A DNA stretch of 64,000 nt from a virus. Lineage: Duplodnaviria; Caudoviricetes. A program made the position numbers and the translations under genes. The stretch covers positions 32,001 through 96,000 of IMG/VR virus record IMGVR_UViG_3300036770_003093; one strand, 5' to 3'. This document shows, in pieces, positions 40,528 through 47,916 of this stretch. The notes below the pieces were generated by a model that did no database searches, was not told the origin of the DNA, and was given only the letters and a program-made list of their open reading frames with translations. Each line of letters opens with the position of its first letter. The stretch's first letter is position 1.

Positions 40528-41217
40528 TTAATATGTTTTAGTTAAAGTTACAATTTCAGTGTAAATAGAGTTTAATGGATCAGCAGCGCTCCATTGTGCG
40601 GTGATAGTCAGTGTGTTAAGCACTGTTGTATCAAAAGTTGTGTTGTTAACAACACTAAAATCTACCCCTTCATAAGCAGTAGAGGCATCCTTTATATAAG
40701 TAAACTGGCCACCGCTAGCAATACTAGCAACCCCAGCTGCACCAATAGCGCGAATAGTGAAATCCATGTTTAGTTCAAAATGCTGATTAGTCAACCCTGG
40801 CATGTTTATATTACCTGTATCAACCAATACTACACTTCCAGATTTCACCCTTATACGCAGATCGTCATTGTTTTTAGAGGATAAATGGCCAATAACTGTT
40901 ATATGGAAACTATCACCAACCATAAACACGTTTGCCGGCACACTCAAGCTACCAACACCGGTACCCAGAATGTTTGTCTCAGTAGTAGTGTTTGTAACAG
41001 TTGGACCATTCACAGTTTGGCTAAACAATCCCCCGCCAGTAGCGACATTGAAGTTTATATAAGCCATGAAATCCTGCACGGTAATAATAGCGGGTCTATA
41101 ATCACCATCATACTGATCATTTTTTACACCAATCATAAAAAGATCAGAAGCCTCGGGCGCAGTGCGCCGGGCCCCTATCCTAATCAAATTGAATAAATTC
41201 AATAAATTGTTTAACAT
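40528..41217 (-). CDS. Putative structural/fibre protein
   Basis: 229 aa, beta-rich C-terminal domain. Confidence 0.5.
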   Translation of the reverse strand: MLNNLLNLFNLIRIGARRTAPEASDLFMIGVKNDQYDGDYRPAIITVQDFMAYINFNVATGGGLFSQTVNGPTVTNTTTETNILGTGVGSLSVPANVFMVGDSFHITVIGHLSSKNNDDLRIRVKSGSVVLVDTGNINMPGLTNQHFELNMDFTIRAIGAAGVASIASGGQFTYIKDASTAYEGVDFSVVNNTTFDTTVLNTLTITAQWSAADPLNSIYTEIVTLTKTY

Positions 41218-41219
41218 GC

Positions 41220-41360
41220 TTACCTGCCTTGACGGTTATACGGTTTCTTATAGTTCTTGCTAGTCTTTAGTCCACTAGACTTCTTCTTTGAATGCACACC
41301 AGGACGGCTAATCTTAACCTTCTCCTGCTTTACACCAGAATTTTCTTTTTTCGCTGCCAT
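41220..41360 (-). CDS. Small basic protein, 46 aa (not in ORF track)
   Basis: Hand translation MAAKKENSGVKQEKVKISRPGVHSKKKSSGLKTSKNYKKPYNRQGR; TATATTA motif upstream. Confidence 0.7.
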   Translation of the reverse strand: MAAKKENSGVKQEKVKISRPGVHSKKKSSGLKTSKNYKKPYNRQGR

Positions 41361-41398
41361 TTTTGTACGATTATACCTCTTAATATAACCATTATTCC

Positions 41399-41731
41399 CT
41401 ACTTATCCAAACTACCACCATCACGCTTCAATAAAAAGTCGCGGATCTCCACACAAATCTCATACTCCTCAGTATACTCATAATATCCCAACATGTCCTG
41501 AATAATCTCGTCAGTAATACCCACAGCAGGGTCGTGCCCTATAAACAACACCATGTTCTCCCTCTGAGCACGCTCTAATAACTCCTCATAACTAACAACA
41601 CCAAACAATATCTTCCTGGTATTATTATAACCAACAGATATCATCACATCCTCAAAATTCTCGGCGTCAAACTTGACCCCACGCATACCATCACCATCAC
41701 CATCTAAATAATAAGCATGTTCACTTCTCAT
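41399..41731 (-). CDS. Hypothetical acidic protein
   Basis: 110 aa, first gene of the minus arm; C-terminal EEYEICVEIRD (UVR-like motif). Confidence 0.6.
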   Translation of the reverse strand: MRSEHAYYLDGDGDGMRGVKFDAENFEDVMISVGYNNTRKILFGVVSYEELLERAQRENMVLFIGHDPAVGITDEIIQDMLGYYEYTEEYEICVEIRDFLLKRDGGSLDK

Positions 41732-41759
41732 ATTACTAATATAAACAAAAATAACAATA

Positions 41760-42050
41760 CCCCCGGGTACCTACACATTTTTACCCACCCCCCACCATAT
41801 TAGGGATATACAATATAAGATAATAGACAGTGTGAGGGGGGCTCCATAAAACGAGCCCCCGCCGTGCACGCGCGGGTGGCCACCCCCTATGCTGCGCGTG
41901 CTACGGCGCAAGCCACCGCGCACACCAACAAAAGTTTTTTTTCCAAGGGAAAAACTTTTGTTGTTGTCATGCTGTGCTGTGCATGCTGTGCATGCACATG
42001 CGTTGCTAGTCATGTCATGCATGCTGTGCATGCATTGCATTGCTACGAAG
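41760..42050. repeat. Divergence junction: palindromes, a 14-bp inverted repeat and TGCATGC-type repeats
   Basis: GGGGGCTC/GAGCCCCC hairpin at 41837-41860; CAACAAAAGTTTTT/AAAAACTTTTGTTG at 41926-41963; TGCTGTGCATGC three times. Confidence 0.8.
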
Positions 42051-42060
42051 GTTCTGTATG

Positions 42061-42074
42061 TACATTCATTTAAT
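42061..42074 (+). promoter_or_regulatory. Early repeat motif, copy 1 (TACATTCATTTAAT)
   Basis: 38 nt before ATG 42099. Confidence 0.7.
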
Positions 42075-42098
42075 TACTTAACTAATACCCCTTGTCAT

Positions 42099-42287
42099 AT
42101 GAAAAATGCCAATTATCGTGTTGATCTGTTCTTTGTAAAGAACGACAACAGCCAAGAGCTTACGCAAATGCAAACGCGTTTGAATCAATGGATTACCGCA
42201 GGTTCTCTGTTGAAATTCGATATTACCGCTTGCGGCGATACGCTCTTGTTCCGCGTTCTTCGCAAGAAAGATACTGGTGCTGCATAA
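42099..42287 (+). CDS. Early hypothetical protein, 62 aa
   Basis: Start MKNANYR after the motif; the longer 41889 call runs through repeat DNA. Confidence 0.7.
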   Translation: MKNANYRVDLFFVKNDNSQELTQMQTRLNQWITAGSLLKFDITACGDTLLFRVLRKKDTGAA

Positions 42288-42303
42288 GCACCAGTATTTT
42301 TTT
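42271..42303 (+). terminator. Intrinsic terminator
   Basis: ATACTGGTGCT/AGCACCAGTAT plus T-run. Confidence 0.8.
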
Positions 42304-42309
42304 CGGCGA

Positions 42310-42323
42310 TACATTCATTTAAT
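42310..42323 (+). promoter_or_regulatory. Early repeat motif, copy 2
   Basis: TACATTCATTTAAT, 37 nt before ATG 42347. Confidence 0.7.
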
Positions 42324-42346
42324 CCCTTAACTAAATACTTTATCTT

Positions 42347-42643
42347 ATGAAAAACACTTCATTTGGCTTTTACGAGACAGCCTTTGGCATCGCCTTACAC
42401 CTTATTTATAAGGATCAGGCTGACGCAGAGCGCCTATTGCCTTGGCTTGATAGGGCAAGCATTTATCCAGGCAAGAATGGCTGGCATATTTGCGGATTGC
42501 TTTACGGCGATTTTCGCGACACCGCTTTACGCGAAGCCATTGCTGATATCAAAATCGCTAAACTTCAGCGAGAGATTGACGCTATTAAAGGCCGCATTTA
42601 CGGCGGTACTTTGCCACCACTCGCTGATGACTTGCCCTATTAA
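42347..42643 (+). CDS. Early hypothetical protein
   Basis: 98 aa between motif and terminator. Confidence 0.7.
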   Translation: MKNTSFGFYETAFGIALHLIYKDQADAERLLPWLDRASIYPGKNGWHICGLLYGDFRDTALREAIADIKIAKLQREIDAIKGRIYGGTLPPLADDLPY

Positions 42644-42650
42644 CAGAAAT

Positions 42651-42678
42651 AACCCGCGTAAAAGCGGGTTTTTCTTTT
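42651..42678 (+). terminator. Intrinsic terminator
   Basis: AACCCGC/GCGGGTT plus T-run. Confidence 0.8.
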
Positions 42679-42684
42679 CTGCAA

Positions 42685-42698
42685 TACATTCATTTAGT
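42685..42698 (+). promoter_or_regulatory. Early repeat motif, copy 3
   Basis: TACATTCATTTAGT, 39 nt before ATG 42724. Confidence 0.7.
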
Positions 42699-42723
42699 TA
42701 ATTAACTATAAACACTTTATCTT

Positions 42724-42933
42724 ATGAAACTATTAGTTCTTTTCCTACGCGTATGGTTCTCCGCATTAGTAGCAACCTTTGTTCCACTGTTGAGCGTTGC
42801 ATTTCTAATCTCTGTGTTCACAGATATTAGTTTCTTGCAGGTTACAAGTCATGGCACATTCTGGATATTCGCCACATTCGCGATGATTCTACTGCTTGTG
42901 CTATTCGGCACAACAGAAGAAGATAAGTTGTAA
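42724..42933 (+). CDS. Early small membrane protein (2 TM)
   Basis: Two hydrophobic stretches. Confidence 0.7.
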   Translation: MKLLVLFLRVWFSALVATFVPLLSVAFLISVFTDISFLQVTSHGTFWIFATFAMILLLVLFGTTEEDKL

Positions 42934-42941
42934 CACCAGTT

Positions 42942-42971
42942 GTAAAGCCTCGCAGTGATGCGGGGCTTTAC
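42942..42971 (+). terminator. Terminator-like hairpin
   Basis: GTAAAGCCTCGC/GCGGGGCTTTAC. Confidence 0.65.
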
Positions 42972-43046
42972 TGTTTGTAAGGTAACGCATGGCCCCGCTC
43001 GCGGGCCCAAGTACCTTAACTCGTAGTCCTTGCCTCGACGCGGCAA

Positions 43047-43060
43047 TACATTCATTTGAT
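43047..43060 (+). promoter_or_regulatory. Early repeat motif, copy 4
   Basis: TACATTCATTTGAT, 39 nt before ATG 43086. Confidence 0.7.
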
Positions 43061-43085
43061 TCATTAACCATAACACTTATCAATT

Positions 43086-43289
43086 ATGACTAATGAAAAT
43101 GTCACAAAAGAAATGTATTTAGACACATGTCTATCTCACAGTGAAGAACCAATTCCTGTTCGTGTTGAGCGTGTGATTTATCATCGCACCAAGACTATGA
43201 CGGTAAGGAAATGGTGCATGAAAACCAACATGATACTCGCTGTTGTAAGAAATTTACCCGCACCTATTAGCGTGGTAGGCAAGCCTTGA
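43086..43289 (+). CDS. Early hypothetical protein
   Basis: 67 aa between motif and terminator. Confidence 0.65.
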   Translation: MTNENVTKEMYLDTCLSHSEEPIPVRVERVIYHRTKTMTVRKWCMKTNMILAVVRNLPAPISVVGKP

Positions 43290-43307
43290 ATAAGGTGTAT
43301 TTGGTTA

Positions 43308-43340
43308 GGATAACGGGGCGCAAGCCTCGTTATTCCTTTT
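43308..43340 (+). terminator. Intrinsic terminator
   Basis: ATAACGGGGC-GCAA-GCCTCGTTAT followed by TCCTTTT. Confidence 0.75.
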
Positions 43341-43360
43341 GTATATGCCTATGCCAAATT

Positions 43361-43374
43361 TACATTCACTTAAT
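43361..43374 (+). promoter_or_regulatory. Early repeat motif, copy 5
   Basis: TACATTCACTTAAT preceded by TATGCCAAATT; 38 nt before ATG 43399. Confidence 0.7.
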
Positions 43375-43398
43375 CACTTAACTAAATCCTTTTACGTT

Positions 43399-43842
43399 AT
43401 GAAAAAAACATCTCAGAAACAAACCGTGAGTGTAGATTTGCCCGAAGAGTTTCTTAAGTATCAACTCGCACAGAAACTCGAAGGTAGAAACTCTCTTCTC
43501 GTTGACTGCATTGTAGAAACATGCGACAACAAAGAAGCTTTGATGCACGTGCTATTAGGTACCTTTGAAGAGCCTCAATTCTCTGTTGGTGACAAGGTGT
43601 ACTGCACAGACACCTATTATCACAGACCAGAAGGTGCTGAAAATGGTAGCTACGTTGAATATGGCGACTGCGTGGTGATTGGTGTTAACCCATTCAATCA
43701 GCGCTACCGCTATGAAGTGCAGCAACAACCGCAGATAGACACTTTTACAGATGAAATCATTCCTGGCAAGCAGGTTTATTGCCGCGAGTCGCACCTTAGC
43801 CCTTTAGAGTACAAGGAATGCGTTGCGGCCTCAATGATTTAA
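43399..43842 (+). CDS. Early hypothetical protein (possible SH3/KOW-like fold)
   Basis: Start MKKTSQK; FSVGDKVYC motif. Confidence 0.7.
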   Translation: MKKTSQKQTVSVDLPEEFLKYQLAQKLEGRNSLLVDCIVETCDNKEALMHVLLGTFEEPQFSVGDKVYCTDTYYHRPEGAENGSYVEYGDCVVIGVNPFNQRYRYEVQQQPQIDTFTDEIIPGKQVYCRESHLSPLEYKECVAASMI

Positions 43843-43883
43843 CAGGGGTTTGAGTTTGAAGGGAGTGCCCCAAGTACCTGAAC

Positions 43884-43916
43884 AAGTAGCCGTGGCCTCG
43901 AGCCACGGTTGCTTTT
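43884..43916 (+). terminator. Intrinsic terminator
   Basis: AGTAGCCGTGGC/GCCACGGTTGCT plus TTT. Confidence 0.75.
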
Positions 43917-43936
43917 GCTCGTATTTATGCCAAATT

Positions 43937-43950
43937 TACATTCATTTAAT
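43937..43950 (+). promoter_or_regulatory. Early repeat motif, copy 6
   Basis: TATGCCAAATT-TACATTCATTTAAT upstream of ATG 44001. Confidence 0.7.
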
Positions 43951-44000
43951 CCGTTAAGACATAATGCAATTTTGCAACATAACCACTAAATCCAAAAACT

Positions 44001-44537
44001 ATGTCTCTATTGAAAGCAACCCTTATGGGTAAATACCGCAGTGCCAAAAGCGGTAACATCGTTAAACGCTATGTTGTCACCGGTAGCAAAGACGCTCTCG
44101 CTGAATACAAAGAAATTCAGGGTACCAACTATGTCGCAGACGACAAAGGTAGACCCCTGTTCTTTCGCAGCGAAAACGACGCACAAGGCAAGCCCTATCC
44201 AACCGTGATGATGATTGAGCCCAATTATCGTCGTGATGGCTATGAGATGGCCTTTGACACCTCCTACGATGACGCTGAATTCGCAGCCTCTTTGCCAGGT
44301 GCTGTTGGTCAAGCCGTTGCAGAAGAAATCGCTAAGGATATTCTTGCCCGCCGCCGTGCCCTACGCTCAGGAACAAGCGGCATTGTCGCTCCAACTCCTG
44401 CACAGGAAAATGTTGCGGAAAACATTGATGATATTATCAATGAAGAACCACAGCAAAAGACAGAGCAAAAGACGCCAAAGCCTAAGAAAGAACAGGTGTC
44501 TGCCACGCCAGAAGACGCAGGTTTAGGCGATATCTAA
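44001..44537 (+). CDS. Early hypothetical protein with acidic/disordered tail
   Basis: 178 aa between motif and terminator. Confidence 0.75.
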   Translation: MSLLKATLMGKYRSAKSGNIVKRYVVTGSKDALAEYKEIQGTNYVADDKGRPLFFRSENDAQGKPYPTVMMIEPNYRRDGYEMAFDTSYDDAEFAASLPGAVGQAVAEEIAKDILARRRALRSGTSGIVAPTPAQENVAENIDDIINEEPQQKTEQKTPKPKKEQVSATPEDAGLGDI

Positions 44538-44556
44538 TCCGCTCTCGCACACACAC

Positions 44557-44594
44557 AACAGGGTTGCTCGCATTTGCGGGTAACCCTGTTTTTT
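44557..44594 (+). terminator. Intrinsic terminator
   Basis: AACAGGGTTGCTCGC/GCGGGTAACCCTGTT plus T-run. Confidence 0.85.
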
Positions 44595-44625
44595 AATCAC
44601 CTTTTTTTTCAATTTATGCCAAATT

Positions 44626-44639
44626 TACATTCTTTTGAT
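44626..44639 (+). promoter_or_regulatory. Early repeat motif, copy 7 (no ORF follows)
   Basis: TATGCCAAATT-TACATTCTTTTGAT. Confidence 0.6.
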
Positions 44640-45211
44640 TCGGCGAGCCTGCCCTCAAACCCACCCGCAGAAACAAGCGACTCCTTACGGAAAATAGATT
44701 GTGTGCCTAACCTTCTCATTATCAAGTACCTCGAGTAAAATTGCACTCGGGGTGTCGCTTATCGCTAGACGCTAAAAACTAAAATTGTTTACGATGAGAT
44801 TACTATTGATAATCAAGCAGTTAGTCTCACTTTCCCACCGCGTGGATAAACTTACGAAAAGGCGATTGTTTACGATATCTGTGGTGGGGGTCGCTTATCA
44901 CTCACAACAACAACATAAATACAGTAGTTTTACTTTAAGTAACACGACGTAAGTGCTTGAGTATCAGTGAGTAGGTGGACGTATACCCCCTATTATTAGT
45001 AACCCGATAATCAAACTAATTTAGGCCGGGTACCAGATAACAAGTGGGGGATATAGCACGGAGAACACCTAGCGTTTCAACTCTTATCTTATTTATCTAT
45101 TCTCTTTCTTATATAAGTAAGAGTTTGATTTGTTGATAAAGAGAATCCGCCGCGGGTTTAGTCACGAGTATTTTTCAAATCATTATATAAACAACTCAAA
45201 AAAACAAACTA

Positions 45212-45340
45212 ATGTTTAGTAACTTAAAACAATTTGAAACTAAGCCCAATACTTTTGAAGGTACTTTTATTAAAGTAAAAGATAGAGTTATGGTTTGGCA
45301 AAATGGTGTTATACATACAGGATATGTGTATCTTCCATAA
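45212..45340 (+). CDS. Hypothetical protein, 42 aa (not in ORF track)
   Basis: MFSNLKQFETKPNTFEG...GYVYLP after an A/C-rich leader. Confidence 0.45.
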   Translation: MFSNLKQFETKPNTFEGTFIKVKDRVMVWQNGVIHTGYVYLP

Positions 45341-45347
45341 TTTTACA

Positions 45348-45928
45348 GGTTGGTAAACCGTAAGCTTCCACTCTTTAAACATTCCGGGAGAACAGGCTAT
45401 GCAGGAACCACAGTTAACACTCATATTGTCTGATGTATCAGAAGTGTTCTGCCTCATACCTGTTCTTACGAATCTTTTTTATTTTAAACATTTAACCCTC
45501 AATCCTATGCTCAACTCTATTCTAGAGCAGTATCGGGAGGCACAGCAGCGGGTAAATGAGCTGTATGAACAACTGCGTAATACATCTGATGGGTATCTTT
45601 ATGTTACCTGTCTGAGATGTTATGGCAGTTTGACTTGGGAGAGCCATGTCAATAAGTTCACAGTTCAGGAACTCTGTGATGAGTATGATGGTTATAATGG
45701 TATAGTGGATGTTTATACCACTAATCCTGACCATGGTATTTATTCTTATGGCGGTGTTAAAGTTATGTCAGAAGCCGAGCTTCAAGACATGGCTAAAAAA
45801 GACATCTCCATGAGTACAGCTGTGACCAACTGGATAACACGCTCAACTGGTTATTAAGATAACCGGGGCTCACACCATATGCCTGGCAACAGAAGGTGTT
45901 TTTTTGGTTGGTAAACCGTAAGCTTCCA
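45348..45928 (+). repeat. 23-bp exact direct repeat GGTTGGTAAACCGTAAGCTTCCA (45348-45370 and 45906-45928)
   Basis: Read directly; flanks one ORF. Confidence 0.85.
45507..45857 (+). CDS. Hypothetical protein
   Basis: Likely start MLNSILEQY at 45507. Confidence 0.65.
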   Translation: MLNSILEQYREAQQRVNELYEQLRNTSDGYLYVTCLRCYGSLTWESHVNKFTVQELCDEYDGYNGIVDVYTTNPDHGIYSYGGVKVMSEAELQDMAKKDISMSTAVTNWITRSTGY

Positions 45929-46489
45929 AATTTTTCTTTAAGGTTGATAAACCTTGACAAGCATGTGGGGCAACGACACCATTCTATCTATTACTGCAAG
46001 TAAAATAGATAGTATCAAACACTTTTGCAGAGTGTAATGGTATCATATGAGATATAATCTCTATGATTTAGCGTTTGTGCAGACTTAAAAATCATGCAGT
46101 TATAAGCAACTTGATATGTTGTGGAAGTTACATAACTTTAAAAGCAAAATGCTTATCTCTATCTCAAAAAAGTCACAGAGGTAGATGCTTAATGGTTTGT
46201 GACGAACCATAAAAATTTGGGAGTATATGCGTTAAGCCACATGATGCAGACTGGTAATCTGTTGAATCCCATTTATATGACAACTAACAACCGACAGGGG
46301 GGTAAATACTCACCTTGTAAGTGATCTACCAAAGATTGCGAGTCCTCAACAAGCTGTTAAATCAGCCAACATTCTTTTTTAGTAGTTATTTTTTCTTATA
46401 TGGGATAAAGCATAGAAAAAAATCTACACCTCTTGAAGGTTACCAAAGAGTATAAATAAATGGTAGCTCAAACTCAAAAACTTATTATT

Positions 46490-46678
46490 ATGAAAGAAAC
46501 ATGGTTATTGGTTTGTGAAGAATTTGGTATTCTCGACAAATGTTTAGCATCATCAAAAGATGAAGCAAGTGATATATTCAAAAAGAATAATTCATACATT
46601 GATTGGTCAGAATCAGATATATTATCAGAAGCTGATTATATGAATGAACTTGAACTAAATTCTTTTGAATGTCAGTAA
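46490..46678 (+). CDS. Small acidic hypothetical protein
   Basis: Likely start MKETW. Confidence 0.6.
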   Translation: MKETWLLVCEEFGILDKCLASSKDEASDIFKKNNSYIDWSESDILSEADYMNELELNSFECQ

Positions 46679-47319
46679 AAATCTTCTACACTCCCTGAGA
46701 TAGTATCAAAGGGAGCTTTTTACGAATCAGAGTTAACTTGAACAAACGATAGTTCTCAGATTGATGATGTTTCTTTTATCAACCGTGCGGGGCAGTAATC
46801 CTCGCCGCAACTAGTAAGACTAACCAATAATGTCTTACAAAACAATCTCAAAGCCAGCACTAAGAAACTCGGCGGTCTTATGACCAATGTTTCCTTGCAA
46901 CTAGAAATAGTGTGCTAAATAGTGCTGGCTTCATCTTTCTCTCTTCACTAACTTTAGGGTGAATAGTTGTAATCTTCAGGCAATGTAAGTAAACTACCTA
47001 AATAGCCATAACGGAAGTGCTTAAGAGCTTTCTGTTGTGTTGATGGACAATATGTTCTTTTAGCTTTAGAAGAGATTATAACTAAGTGTTGAGAAAATCT
47101 CTCTTCACTAACCGCAAGGTGAACAGTTGTGATAGACAGGATTTTGTACAATCCTGACCACTGGTATAATTAAATAGTTTTGTAGTATGCCTCTACCATA
47201 AGGAAGGCTATAAAATGTTCATTATTCTATCACAACTGAGTGCAGAGGGGTAAAAAACTTAATAACTTCCAAAGTTGTTGAGAACACAAGTTTTTCTTTA
47301 AAACATAAATAAAATAGAC

Positions 47320-47532
47320 ATGAAAGTTATAGCAACTATTCCTTCTTTTGATAAGAATAAGTCTTATTCTGACGTAGTAAAGTCTAAGCATATTCCTGTT
47401 TATCCTAATCAATGTCCTTGCCACTATGGGTATGAATGCGATGATCCTAATTTTGATTATAGCAAACCTATAGGCTACATAGAAGTAGATAAGAACGATG
47501 AAAGAAACAGTGTTTTAGACACAGATACCTGA
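47320..47532 (+). CDS. Hypothetical protein
   Basis: 70 aa with A-rich leader. Confidence 0.55.
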   Translation: MKVIATIPSFDKNKSYSDVVKSKHIPVYPNQCPCHYGYECDDPNFDYSKPIGYIEVDKNDERNSVLDTDT

Positions 47533-47604
47533 GCAAGTATTTAAACTGCTCTAGTAAATCATCCTACTTAGTGGATGAATAACCTCTTTTAAAAACCAAA
47601 AACC

Positions 47605-47886
47605 GTGAAACAAAGATTTCAAAACATTCTATTAGCCACTGCTGTAGTTCTTACTGGTGTATTCATTAGTGCTTTTACTATTGAGACTCTTGATAAAGAA
47701 CCGGCGCCGCCGCTAAAACAACTTTCTTACGAGAAAATCCAGGCTATTAACGCCCTGGAAGATATGCGTGATTGGGTGTATGAAGATTTAGCATATGTAG
47801 AAGAAGATTCGGTGCTTACCGCGCGTCTACAAGCCTATATCAACAACATAGATTACGCAATCGAAATGTTAAACAACGAACAGTAA
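47605..47886 (+). CDS. Hypothetical protein with N-terminal signal/TM
   Basis: Hydrophobic N-terminus. Confidence 0.6.
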   Translation: MKQRFQNILLATAVVLTGVFISAFTIETLDKEPAPPLKQLSYEKIQAINALEDMRDWVYEDLAYVEEDSVLTARLQAYINNIDYAIEMLNNEQ

Positions 47887-47916
47887 ACTCAAAAATCAAC
47901 TCAAATACTCAATCCA

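Noticed and set aside
41771-42098. ORFs 41771-42040, 41864-42073 and the 5' extension of 41889-42287
   Set aside because: They translate low-complexity TGCA repeats; the credible start is ATG 42099
42061-44639. CRISPR array or attC-type integron interpretation of the repeated early motif
   Set aside because: Spacing is 250-690 bp and filled by ORFs, the repeats are short and non-palindromic, and no cas or integrase gene is in the window
47225-47260. Twister ribozyme suggested by GTGCAGAGGG
   Set aside because: The partner segments (TAA...GC and CAAGCCC) are not present at suitable positions
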